DNA of 63,703 bases, counting the filler, from Sphacelaria rigidula (taxonomy: Eukaryota): assembly GCA_964200075.2 (NCBI GenBank). It is 7 parts of 7 records of this genome, joined end to end, with 100 filler letters (N's around TTAATTAATTAA, not from the genome) between each part and the next. Parts side by side here need not be neighbours in the genome. Positions count along the whole stretch, not along the records: positions 9,117 to 18,131 come from CAXNAA020009508.1; positions 18,232 to 27,246 come from CAXNAA020009509.1; 5 more parts are not named here. The stretch is one strand, 5' to 3'. Below are positions 13,201 to 25,164 of the stretch, piece by piece; position 1 is the first letter of the stretch; every line of letters starts with the position of its first letter. The position numbers and the translations under genes were made by a program. The notes below the pieces were generated by a model. That model had not been told where the DNA came from. It saw nothing but the letters and a program-made list of their open reading frames with translations, and ran no database searches.

Positions 13201-15442
13201 TTTGGTCGGCTCTCCAGCGGAAGGTCAACTACGCGAGATTCTTGCCAATTGCTCTCACCGAGATTGGGCCCGCGAACAGAACGCGGAACCTTTATGTCGC
13301 GCAGCCGTCCGGTACTTACAGTTTGACGGCCCAGTCCCCTTTCCATCCGCCATTCTGGCCCCGGTTGGCACACTGCTACCCCCAGATATCTCTGACGTAT
13401 ACAAACTCGTGCGTAAATGCACCATTTTTACAACGAATGATGGCGTATAACTACTCGTGCGTCGCCCCACGCCTTTGACGGGAGCAATTTCCGTCGCAAC
13501 AACAGGACGTCATGCACGCCTTCTCGATGACGAACCAACGCGCATCTATGTCCCATTATTAATGCGTCCCTGGGTCATGAACGGCTGCCACACGGACTTG
13601 TCATGTCACCTTAGCGTCATTCGTACCTTAGCGCTTCTGGAACGCTTTTACTGGTGGGTTGGCATAGAAATTTCCACCCGCTTCTGGGTTCTGCGATGCT
13701 TCGAATGCCAAGCTCGAAAAACTTCACTACAGACAGTACGCTGGCCCGTCATCTCTATGGGACTCCCCAACGCTCCGGATCACCTCGTGTATTTTGAGTA
13801 CTTCGGCCCTCTACCGACCACAGGTCGCGGCAACACCTACACCTTACCCTTCACGGACCGTTTCAGCCGCCACGCGTCCATGTACGCGGTAACCGCTGCA
13901 CATTTCACTGCCGCCGGAACGGCCGATATATTGGTTCACGACTACATTAAGCGCTACAGTTGCCCGAAACGACTCCTTTCAGACAATCGTCAGCAATTTT
14001 GCTCAGATCTCTCTGATAAGCTTTACAAGCTCCTGGGCATCCGCAAAATTGCCACGAGCGCCTACCACCCTAATGGTAACGGTGGTACCGAACGAATGGC
14101 TCAGATGCTCTCTAGGGTTGTCAATAACCGCCAAAATGACTGGGATCTTCACCTTTCGTACATCATGTTGTCCTACAACAACTCGGTTAACGCCGCCACA
14201 GGCCTTTCCCCGAACAAACTCCATCTTGGACGCTACCCTCGGCCGCCCATCACCGTGTTTGAGCGACACGCATTCGATGACCACCAAGGACTGGATCAGG
14301 ATCAGATATCCTATTTCGGGCTGGCACGTTCACGACAACGCAAAGCGTTTACCCTCGTGCGTGAACAGCATGCTATCAACGCCTTCCGCCTTGAGAGATC
14401 TTACACTGCTCTCTACAACCTCATGCACAAACGCCCCAACTGGAAAGTTGGTGATTGGGCTTGGACCTACAACAGTTTGTCGACCATCCGCCAAGGCACC
14501 AGCAAGGCTGCCAACGAAACAATTTTGAAGACAAAATTGTCCCTCAATTGGACAGGACCATTCAAGATCCTGACAGTCGGACCATCGCCATCATCACCGG
14601 ATGATAAACCCGTTGGTGACAAACTGCTCTATCTCGACCTGCCTCGCGACCTCCAGGGCAAAAACACCAAACCCCGCGTCTTCGTGCACAGATGCAAACC
14701 CTGCAGGAACCCGCATGATACTAGCGACATGCCCAAGTATTTGCCTGCCGGACTCATTCAGCATGTTCTCAAGAGCTACTCGACCAAGTCCCCGCCCTAT
14801 CATGTTACCACGAACGACGTGACGGAACAGCCCTTCCGCCTGACCGTGTCCACCATCTCCGGCCACCAGATCACTCGTGGTCGAGGTGGCGAAATTGCTG
14901 TCATGTATAAGACACACTGGCAAGGTCTCTGGAGAGCGTCTTGGGAACGCGAATCCGACATTTAATTGCACCGCCGTGCAATCCTCCTGTACTGGGCACA
15001 ATCTCAACACCAGCATCTTGCTCACAACAAGAAATATCACAACATGCGTCGTGGTGCAGCAGCCCGCGAACTTGACCGCGATCAAAGACTGCGCTTTGTC
15101 GCCGATGGCTGCGAACTCGTACCCACCAAGACTTGTAAGGCAAAGTTCTTTGCAAACCAGCAAATACGACCCAAGGGCAGCTACCTTTGATTCGAAGGCA
15201 GCGACAACCTCTGGTGGTCGGGTCAGATCCACAAAGCTGACCTGATTTCTGCCGACACGTATATCGTACGCTTCATCGATGACCCTGAACCCATCCAGCT
15301 CAAGCTTCGGCCAGCACGGTACACCACCAGCCCATCTGTCCCACGCGAATCCTGGCGCCTTCAGCGACACAAGTCAAAAGGACCTCGCCGTGGTATCCAG
15401 CGCAACATCGATCAAACCCACGACGTCCACGAACCGCTTTGA
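10245..15442 (+). pseudogene. pol: Gypsy pol pseudogene
   Basis: Protease LLDSGSPQTFI; RT SSWASPLVVV, PIPRIDEVLDSL, MPQG, MYFDD; RNase H LHTDAS, IYTDH; integrase H-H-C-C, LSDN, GGTER, WTGPF; chromo-like ISGHQ...YKTHWQG...SWERE. Multiple stops (e.g. ~11579, 12351, 13448, 14963, 15188) and frameshifts. Confidence 0.93.
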
Positions 15443-15708
15443 ACCGCGCCCCTTCACTGCAATATTTCTTCCCTTCTTTAGTATTTTTCCCTCCCTTCTT
15501 CGCTAGGGCCCGACTTTACGACATACACAACAGGACTACTTACATCGGACTACGATCGGACACTACCAAGAGCCACCAACTATCTACGACTACTGGGCTA
15601 CCAGGAGCCGCCAAAATCGAGGGTCGGCCAGAAAAAAAAAACTTTAATTTCGCTGCTTTCGAGGATAAATCCTCGCAGCTGTAAAAACGGTTCGTCTGGG
15701 TGGGTTGG

Positions 15709-16235
15709 TGTCATAAGAGAGCACATTAGCCTCTACCATGCCCCCTCAGACCCGGTGATAGGTATAGCTAGATGATACGGTATTTCAGGGGTCATTTCAA
15801 GATTGCAGGTCTGTTCAGAGTTGGTCAGATACGAGTATAAACTCGTATATAGCGGGGAATGATAGTCGTGAAACCGCCCTTGGTGAATACACTGCTGCAT
15901 CCCGACAAGGAAACTCTCACATCTCCGGTGAGACTGACTGCCTGAGAAGAAGAGAGATTGAGCACTGAGAGGTACTTAGGATTCAGGAATTCACCAATCA
16001 AGAAATGAGACTATCATAACCTGTGCGTGAAACTGATTGATACCCAGCGCACAAGACGTCCGCGTCGTACGCTATAGAACCGTTATTTGCCCCTCAGCTG
16101 GTGTGTTAGGCCTCTTGTCTGATCCTCCTGCCTTGCAAGTAAGGCGTGTCTACCATACACCCGGCATAACCCCATTACACGGTTCACATGTCAAACTCAT
16201 TCCTTCCACAACCGACCATGCCGGGCCTTGAAACG
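15709..16235 (+). repeat. Putative 3' LTR of the Gypsy element
   Basis: Begins TG directly after a G-rich tract downstream of pol. The 3' end is approximate because no partner LTR is on this contig. Confidence 0.55.
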
Positions 16236-16244
16236 CATATCATT

Positions 16245-16324
16245 TGTTCAGGAAGCGAACAGTTTACCCATTGAACCAGTGAGCGTTCACTGGTTTAATG
16301 AGTAAACGGCTCACTCCCTGAACA
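16245..16324. repeat. 80-bp imperfect palindrome (foldback/MITE-like)
   Basis: tgttcagg...gtttacccattgaaccagtga / tcactggtttaatgagtaaac...cctgaaca pair as a hairpin. Confidence 0.75.
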
Positions 16325-16329
16325 GGCCA

Positions 16330-17040
16330 TGTCTGCACCCACATAAGACGACCAACATGCCCAAACAACTACCAATGGGACTCAGTCGGTATACTCATCA
16401 AGTATGCGGCCAAAGCTTCGCCGTATCACATGACGGTCGAGGATGCCAACGGACCTCTCGAACGTGTGGTGGTGGATCGCATCTCGAGCCATCAATTAGT
16501 CCGAGGTCAAGGAAGTAAAATAGAGGTTATGTATCAGACATATCAAAAAGGTATCATGGGTCTTGCGTGGGGAAGAAGTGTTGCTTTGCGGTATTCTCGA
16601 AGAGAGATACTATTGCACTGGGTAGAAGATGCTGTACAACACCGTCCGTCGAACAAATATTTTAGGTCCATGCGAAAGGGAGCAGCGGTTCGCGAGCTGG
16701 CACGGGAGCACTCCGCACGGTTTGTCATCGCCGGCTCCAGCCTTGTTTCTTGTTCGCAACACTTGGGCTCCTTTGTAAAAAGCGCTTGCCGAAGGGCGTG
16801 TAATTTTGGTACAAATCAATGGATTCGCGGTTGTGGCTGGGAAAACCTCGTTTGGTGGATCCTGCAGAGGACAACTCCTACTTTATTCGTTTCCTCGACG
16901 ACTCGGGACCTCTCAAAATGCGCCTCGACGACGACTACTACATAGAGGTGCCAACAACCCGCCGAGAATCTTGGTGTCTACAGCGACACGACAAAGGCGC
17001 CATCGACAAAGCTGACTTATGCGGTCCCGACACGGCGTAG
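16330..17040 (+). pseudogene. Second, divergent Gypsy integrase C-terminal fragment (chromodomain plus extra tail)
   Basis: MPKQLP...SPYHMT...VDRISSHQLVRGQGSKIEVMYQTY...MRKGAAVRELAR...LWLGK...YFIRFLDDSGP...RESWCLQRH is colinear with 14730-15440 and frameshifted. Confidence 0.85.
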
Positions 17041-18824
17041 GACACCGATGAAGCTTGATAGCGAATCTGCTTGTGGTTCCCCATTTTTTTCGTATCATAC
17101 GCCCTGTTCCTCTTGCCCGGAGCCTCGTGTTGTCGCTGGAGTCGTGGCGATACGCCCTGTTTTGTCCCGTTGTCCCCGTATCCCCAGTAGCCACTGCCTC
17201 ATGTTTCTGGACGAAAGTTCTGCGTCCCGATTGTCTCCCCAGTCTTTTCCCTGCCTACGCGGGTGATATTTTCGGAACCTTCCCTGAGTACGGTCAGCGC
17301 ATTGTGTCTTTTAGTGTATGGGTGTGTTTTTTCGCTATTGTGTGTTCCTTGTTTTCGTTTGAGCAATATACCAAAAAAAGGGTAAACCCTGGTACTTCTG
17401 GAACAGAAAAGGGTAACGCATTTTTCGCTCTGGAGCGCGGCGCTGCACGAGGGCTGAACACCTCGTAAACACCTCCCAGCACCTCAGCCGCACGCCCAAG
17501 GTATCTGGACAGCATACCCGTCCATTTGTTTTCTTTTTCACAAGTGTTACTGGGCTGAAGTACGGCGCCGAAAAATGGGAGCCTGTGAGAATACCCTTTT
17601 TTGTCAATAAACCAAAAGGGTACACCCTGCCCTCTGCTGAAAAATTATATCTTACCCTTTTTAGTTTCACTGTTGATCCTTTTTTGTGACGTGGTGACCG
17701 TACCGCCGTCTCAGCACAAGATACGCCGAGCAGTCCCAACCATAGCCATTTTCGGTCAAATTACACCCCACGAAAAAAGTCCGAAACCCAACGACCAAAA
17801 GAGTGTAGTCCCCCTGTTGGTTGGCCCGAAGACCCGGAAGATCCCACGATGCATACACGTTGCTTGTGTGCTGGAGCTCACAAAGATGCAACAAATATGG
17901 GTGAACGTCTTGCCGACACACGAGCCCGAACGGCATGATGCGGCGACAACATCAGACCGTTGCCGGATCTGCAGTTTGCGGCTCGGACACAGAGATGGAC
18001 ACCGACCGGATTCCGGGTTGGAGGAGGAACGCCTGGATCCGACGGTGTAGACTGTACAATCGGGTGTCTTCCTCTGATCGTTGCCGTTGCACCCACGAGA
18101 CCACCACTCTTAATACTCAAAGCTGTGAGACNNNNNNNNNNNNNNNNNNNNNNNNNNNNNNNNNNNNNNNNNNNNTTAATTAATTAANNNNNNNNNNNNN
18201 NNNNNNNNNNNNNNNNNNNNNNNNNNNNNNNAATAATCAGTTTTCAGGTATCAGTAAAACGCCCTTAACTCACGAAAAAAAAAACTTCTGGTGCTTTTTC
18301 CCATTTGTTTTTCATGCCCTATGCCAATACTTGGCCATACCAATCTCCTTGTGTCACCCCTCTTCTCCTGGTTTGTCCTTTGTCATCTTCTCTCTTCCTT
18401 TCTTTCGGTGTACATTTTTGACAGATCTGGCGTTTGTTGTTTGTGTGTGTGTGTGTTTTTTTTCTCCCCGAACTCGGAGGAGCTACTTCTCACCGGTTTT
18501 CGTGGCGTCTCTCTTCTCATTTTTATTTTTTGGTAATGTGTGTTGTGAGAAATAGCAGCAAACGGTATTGGAAAGGCGAGCCTATGTCTGTGACCAAGGG
18601 TTCGCGAGATCGGACTAATGTGCGGAAATGATCAAATAATAATAATAATAATGCATTGTCCATACCAAATTTGACGCTCCAACTCTAAATATTGGCCGGC
18701 GCATTCGCCTGCAAACTTCCAATCCGCCTCTAGGCTGGCCTAGCTCGTAAGCATCATGCCTATAGATGAAAGCCTCCGATGAGTTGCTTCATCTTCTGGT
18801 ATGGAGGCAGCCACAGCTTCCATA

Positions 18825-19050
18825 CTGCCTCATGGGTGTCTCTCCATTAAAATACTACGTGGTACGATCATCCCCTTCGCGCGGAGTTGAGGTTCTCCCA
18901 CCCCGCACAATATGATCCAGCTTGGCCATCATCATGGTTACCGCAAAAAAACGCTAACCTTATTGCCTAGCTTACACAGTGAGTGGCGTGTTTTACAGCG
19001 CAATTGCCAGCCAACGCCAACCCCATCAGGGACCCGTAGCACAAGGGGGG
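18825..19050 (+). repeat. Interspersed repeat family, unclassified
   Basis: Copies at 40310-40555(-) and 45576-45730(+) share ggagttgaggttctcc, catcatggttaccgcaaaaaa and ttgcctagctta. Confidence 0.7.
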
Positions 19051-20603
19051 GTGAACCAATCCGATCGCAGTCATGAACAATTCTATGGACCCTTATTGTG
19101 TGTTTATACCTTTTCATTGCGCTAGAGCCGAAAATAACTGTGTTTTAGACCCAAAAGGGTCAATAACACCCCCTATCAACTCAGCCCGTAAGTCGTTCAA
19201 CATTTAAGGCGCAGATGGTCTTTGTTTCGGAATGTGGAGCAGATGCCTAGTATCTCCCGATGTCCCAACTCCAGGATCAAGCGTTCACTGGGATAAGCGG
19301 TGGTGCGCGAAAAAACAATTGAAAATCACTTCCTACGAGAATATTAACAACATCCCCTGTTTCAGCTGAAAACTACCGTATGTCCCGCACCTGGGGTTCC
19401 ATACGGGACGAATGAAACGTCCACAGTGCCCACCTGTGGTTCGTGCAGTACGAATCAAATGCACCTTGTGTGCCCCGAACTGACTCACGCGGGACGGACC
19501 ATACGGGATCTCAATTAGTGCGATTCGTCCCATGTGCGAATCAGTTTACAAACAAGAAGTACAAAAATAAGCGAGAGGCAACAGGAGGCTTGACAGCTCG
19601 CCGCTCCCGCCCCGACGAAGCGACCAACTAAGCGACTTCGAACCGAATCTGAATGGCAACATGCACGACGCCGTACCATAGTTCGTCGCGAGAAAAAATT
19701 CCGAAATGACCGACTTAAAAAGTGATTTTCATTTCCCCCAAGTTTTCGATGCATCACCTCCTCTCCGTCCGGTGGTTGTATTAGCACGTCCACGTCGCCA
19801 CACGTTTCTTTTCCACGTCTATAGCTACCGCACGCCTACCAATATTACACAGACGACGGGCGAGCGTGCGTAACAGCGCGTACGGGGGGGGGGGGGGTTA
19901 CGGAGGGTTTTTCAAGTTCAATGTTAGGCGCGCAGGACTCAAGAATAATGCGCTGTTCGTGTTCGGCTATGATTCGCAACAGACGGGTGGCAGTTACAGC
20001 ATTGGAATACTGTTTCGTCTTGCACACTACCCTACACTACGAGTACACCGCCACTTGTCTACCTGCATTGGACCCACTATTCCTGCGCTTTCTTCTGATA
20101 TTCTCAATTTATTACCGTGGATGCGTCACTTGGCGACAGCGGTGAAGTTCAGAGGAAATCAGCCCTCCTCAATGAGGTCTTGAGGTGCCGTTGAAAAGTT
20201 GCGATCGTTTTTAAAGGCTGAGAATCGGGATGAGATCTAGGCCGGAGGTCGAAGTCAACAAGCTACTGTCTCTGGTGAGCGTCACCTGTTTGCCTATCCC
20301 TCGTCACAGCGTACATACGGCAGCCTTGGGACTCCACCAGAAGTACACTTCTATCTCCACGTGTGTGTATGTGTGTGTTTTGTCTTCAATGTGTAACCAC
20401 TGACTCTGACGACGGGTTGGAGAGAACGGGCTAATGCGCGAAAGTGATAATAGCAACAATGAAAATGATAATAATGATGATAATGACAATTAGTAAATAT
20501 CAAATATAAGAACAAAAATAAGAATAAAATACATGATGAAATAATGATAATTATACTTCCCCTGTGCCATAAGTAAAGCCCGTTATGATTACACGGACCC
20601 TTA

Positions 20604-21857
20604 GGCCGTTTCTCATAGTCTGAAAAAAGTCTCTGAGAAAAGTCATTTTGGACGACTTTTCTCAGATACTTTTTCCAGAGAAAGCAGTTTTCAAAACCCC
20701 ACCTTACAGTCTACGAAATAAATCCTGGGGACTTGTACACCCGAGGCCATCATCTAGCCTGCGTGTAGACGCTGGTAGTGGTCATCATTTACATTTTGTG
20801 CTTGTGCCACCTGGGGTAAACCAACACGTAAATAATCCCGTCGAGGTACAGGATGGATAGGATGGCAACACACACATACACACACACACGCACGCACAGT
20901 AGCTACTGGTATACCGTCATTGTGCGAGTCATCGCACACCCCCTGGACCGAATTTCAAAGCTCGATTACTCCACAAAAAGAAGAGCATCAGTTCTGAAAA
21001 GGGTGACGCTGGAAACATCCCGTCGATAGCTGTCCGAAAACGCGTCGTTTGGTATTGGCACCCTCTTCGTCATGGAGTAATCGAGCTTGGAAATTCGGTC
21101 CAGGGGTTGTGCCATTAATCGCACAATTACGGTAATAGGAATCGAAACGATGGGCGTATCAACCCTTACTTCAGCCGATCGCGGCTTGGTACAGTAGTCG
21201 TGCCGCAAGCGGTGCAATGTGTGCAGCAGACGGTTTGTGTCATCCCGCACACAACAAATTCACGTGACAGTTGGTAGTGCGGTAGCAACCATCTCAGTAT
21301 GCAGAATACTACAGAGTCCGCAATCGGTGACGGGCACGACGAGCATGAAACGATACGAGCAGTCAACGCAGCCAGCAGGGGCGCTATCGTGCTGTTTTAC
21401 GGCAGTAACGCTGCGGGCAAAAAAACACTACAGTCTGCACTGTCTGTACTGTCTGTCCCTGGTCCTACGGTCATGAAGAAGATGCACGGAGTGCTGCAGC
21501 AGCTATGCTGTTGCCACGGTACTGTACATACAACATGGATAAGTACTTTTGAACTGACTGTACTACGCGTGTATGTGAGGAGTATGTGATGAAGTCCTGA
21601 CTGTACCATGGCGGGTGCAGTGTGCGAGGAATGTGTGATGGAACGACAATTCCCAAACAGAGAAAACTCCCTGTGCATCGAGGGCTTTTCGCAGAGAGAT
21701 TTGGCAAAATCCCGCTGTCTGCAAATTGTGGCCAGTTTCCAGAGACTTTCTAAATGGAAAATGGCCCTGTAAGGTCGCGTTCTGAAAAAAGTATCTGGAG
21801 ACTGACCAGAATGATTTTTTTCAGAGACTTTCTTCAGTCTATGTATAAGAAGCGGCC
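20604..21857. mobile_element. Non-autonomous PIF/Harbinger-like element
   Basis: TTA on both flanks, termini GGCC.../...GGCC and ~100-bp imperfect TIRs (20604-20711 vs 21766-21857). Confidence 0.7.
20935..21111. mobile_element. 177-bp MITE with 39-bp TIRs starting CACA(C/A)CCCCTGGAC
   Basis: cacaccccctggaccgaatttcaaagctcgattactcca matches the reverse complement of 21073-21111 with 2 mismatches. Confidence 0.75.
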
Positions 21858-22230
21858 TTAACCGTGTCCGATGCCGCCGGCGATATATATATTTCAAATG
21901 TTTGATGTTTTTTGTATTGAAACCCATTCTTTTTTTTTTCTACGCACTCCCGGGCATACGTGAACGGCCGGAAAAAAAGTAGTCGGTCCCGAAAATGCCA
22001 TATTTAGTCCCTTATGCAGGGGCAAAAAAGTGTCGAAAAAAAAAGATTAATCGTCCTCGCCGTCGCGGGGGCTTGACACTGGATGATCCCAGGCCTTCTT
22101 GAAGGCCTCCTCATCATATTCTATCACCCTTTCTAACGTTCCTGCCCTCTGTCGCACCGTCACCCCGGTATGCTCCACACTGAAGCCGTTTTCTAGGGTA
22201 CGAGCTGGGCCGGCCGAGACGCGGATTTAA

Positions 22231-22368
22231 CCCTTCGGGAACTAAAGTCCTGATTTCTGTCTTGTGAATCTTTGTGAATCGGCATAATTTTGACTTGAAA
22301 ATGACTGAAAATTATGGCGATTCACCAAAAAAAAATCAGCACTCCCTGGGGGTCTAGTTCCCAAAGGG
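22231..22368. mobile_element. piggyBac-like palindromic MITE (copies 26228-26345, 47924-48041, 51601-51718)
   Basis: TTAA|CCCTT...AAGGG|TTA(C) ends and an internal palindrome gtgaatcggcat...atg(c/g)cgattcac. Confidence 0.7.
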
Positions 22369-22578
22369 TTACGCTCTCGAAGCAATATCTCCTCGACACA
22401 AACGAGTTGGGCCATGATCTACATATCGTATTAATCGTCTGATTATGGGGACGATGCCCGCGTGCTCAGAAGTCTGGGCATTTTTTTCACGTTGATTGAA
22501 ACCCATGTCTGGTGATTCCTATACCGTACGGAGATAGCGTCAATACAAAAGTCTATATGAAACCCCGGACGATATAAA

Positions 22579-23186
22579 CGAGCTGGGCCAGCCAAGAGTA
22601 GGTGTGCATCTCGCTCAGGCGACGCACGGCGCGATATTAGGAGTTGGACGCTGGAAATTCGATAGCAGCTCTTCATGATCGAAATGCAGAAGATCATGGG
22701 ACTAGCAAAAACAATATATATATTTATATATATATGGATATTTGAAATTTCAGCAAAAACAAGATAATGCCATAAGCCCAGAACAAGAAGGAGAATCTGC
22801 AGCTGGTCACGTGAAGTATCAGCTCCTTGGGTGCACAAGGTCTTCCTGAAAATTTTGCTCAAGAGTCGTCGAATTGGGCCGTGCGTTTAACATTTTTCGT
22901 GACGCTGCTGCACCCGTATAAATCAAGTGATCGGAGACTCCAATTATGGAGGTCATGAGTTCGAATCCCGGCAGATTGTATATATTTTTTCATCCGTCGT
23001 TGAGATTATATATTATGCAGTACATTTCTTTTTCTTTTTCTTCATTCAGCGGCGGTGCCGTGTGTCACCAGGTTGGTCTACACTTCACAGTAATATGCTT
23101 ACATCGGGTTCATTCGGGAAACTGGGGAAGCTGTGGTGTGAGCAAGTTTTAGCAAGTTTTAGCAGCTTTTAAGCTGGCCCAGCTCG
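22579..23186. mobile_element. Mariner-like MITE, both ends present
   Basis: Perfect 14-bp TIR CGAGCTGGGCCAGC / GCTGGCCCAGCTCG with flanks AA and TA. Confidence 0.6.
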
Positions 23187-23837
23187 TACAGCGGATGATG
23201 ACGACTTCTGGTGTGGACATTCCCTGGAGAACGGGGAAACGATCAATACCTCCATCTTTGCCTAATTCGTCATCTGTCTCGAGATATGGCGCACATAAGT
23301 TCACACACGAAAACCAATATGTTTCGAGTAGAGGCACTTAATGCACTAAATCTGGATATTACGTCTCAGTTTTTGAGAGTTATGCTTTGAAATTTCGTTT
23401 GGAGAATTGCTACTGCATAATGAAAACAAAAAACATCGGGGTTTTTTTCTTCATTTTTTTTCTTCATTTTTTCGTTTTTTCAGAGGAGTTTTGAGGGAAA
23501 ACGGACGGTGCTCTCGGACCTGATCTCAGTTTTTCAGCTTAATTTTAACAATTGAGATTTGAAACTTATCATGGAGGAATGCAAAGGCATGCCGAAGAAA
23601 AAATATATATGGGCCCTTATTTTTTTTGGAGAGAGACGGGCCTTCTCGTGAAAATATGGTATTCATTACATTAAAGCGTCCCAAGCAAGTGAAAATGTAT
23701 CAACCTTTCCCATTTTGTTTTGGGCGGTCATGGCCGAGCGAGGTCCCACACAAAGATTCAAGGCAAGTACCAAACCTGGGCCGGTAAACGGCCTGGAAAA
23801 CATTGTTCCGATTTTCGCCCGGCCCGGTGTCTTAATC

Positions 23838-24146
23838 GCCCCGTCTCACCTAAATTTTGCATTTTAGACTTCGAAAATTGGTATGGAGGACGAATAGGGC
23901 ATGCTAAAACGCTGTCGTGCGGGACGATTTTTTTTTTTTCGTGAGATGGCGGTGTTTTCCTGGTATCTAGATACTGATTATTGCCCTTAACTCACGAAAA
24001 AATATGAAAACAACTTTGTGTCCCGAACGACAGCGTTTTAGCATGCCCTACTCTTCCTCCCTACCAAATTTCGAAGTCTAACTCGCAAAATTGAGGTGAG
24101 ACGGGGTCTGCGAACCACAAATTCGCGTCTTGGCCGGCCCAGCCTC
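23838..24146. mobile_element. Foldback MITE of the same family with ~90-bp inverted arms
   Basis: 23838-23925 is the reverse complement of 24019-24106, and the element ends in ggccggcccagcctc followed by TA. Confidence 0.65.
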
Positions 24147-24148
24147 TA

Positions 24149-24307
24149 GTCATCACCAACGCCATAACGCGCCGCCATGGGGCCTAGAACACCCTTGGGC
24201 ACCCTTGTTTTTCCTGGGGCAATGACCAACGCTATCTCCACCGCCATTGCGTACCGGTGGCCCAACGACACTTCTGCGCCCCGTTCACGTTTTGGGGGGG
24301 TCTCCAT
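24149..24307 (-). pseudogene. Possible N-terminal HTH remnant of a mariner-type transposase
   Basis: METPPKRERGAEVSLGHRYAMAVEIALVIAPGKTRVPKGVLGPMAARYGV resembles plant/oomycete mariner N-termini (recalled pattern, not searched). It is cut by the adjacent MITE. Confidence 0.35.
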
Positions 24308-24358
24308 CGTGGTTGTGGGGGATGATGGGCGTTCAAACGCGGAGAAAAGCAAAAATTC

Positions 24359-25164
24359 CATACGTCGGACGAGCACGAGTGGCACTCGTGGCACTCGCAC
24401 TCGTTGGGCTGCTCGTTGGCCGAAAAATTAATAGGGCGAGCACTCGAGTCATTGCTGTACAGCGGTCGGTGTTGCAGCCGAGTGTGCATTCGCCCTAGGT
24501 GGCGAACTCAAGAGTAACAGGTCGGCTCTGCCGCTATAATTCCTGCCTGTATCTTGAGCGGAGCTGTATGGTAGCACAGCCGCTATGGGGCGTAAGCCGG
24601 CTGTAACAACTTATACCGCGTGGAGACTTCTACACTGTCTTGAAGTCATACTGCGCGCAGTTCCCACTTTTGTACGAGTCCTGTGCACGTCGCAGAAGGC
24701 AATAGCTTCCATACTGTGCACAGTACATGCTATTTAAATTGTATACGAGTACTGACTGTAGAAAGCTCTTGTCTACGGTGTAATACATTTCCATACATAT
24801 CAGGCGGTGAGTTCGTCAAATAATCCACAGCACATGGCCGAAGTGGAAGTAAGGTAAACACCGACATATTCCATACGTCGGAATAGCACGAGTGTCACTC
24901 GTGGCACTCGCACTCGTTGGGCTGCTCGTTGGCCGAAAAATGAATAGGGCGAGCACTCGGGTCATCGCTCGTTGTGCAAAAAATGAACAGGGCGAGCACT
25001 CGAGTCATCGCTCGTTGTGCAAAAAGGTGATGGCTTGAGCACACGAGTCATTGCCCGTTGTAAAAAAAAGGAATGACTCGAGCGCACGAGTCATGCTCCT
25101 TGTGTTTTCGAAAAACATCCACGAGTGCATTCATCTAGACGAGTGATGACTCGTCCGACGTATG
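24359..25164. mobile_element. hAT-like non-autonomous element
   Basis: TIR CATACGTCGGACGAG / CTCGTCCGACGTATG, 8-bp flanks AAAAATTC and ATAAATTC, and internal ~43-bp subterminal repeats containing cactcgagtca. Confidence 0.65.

Larger units (their letters stand above)
9168..16235 (+). mobile_element. Degenerate Ty3/Gypsy (chromovirus-like) LTR retrotransposon, 5'-truncated
   Basis: Domain order PR-RT-RNaseH-IN-chromodomain. A G-rich tract (gggtgggttgg) precedes TGTCATAAG at 15709, the putative 3' LTR start. Confidence 0.93.

Noticed and set aside
14594..15370. 258-aa minus-strand ORF as an antisense retroelement gene
   Set aside because: It overlaps the integrase tail in the mirrored frame, has no motifs and is not preserved in the second copy.
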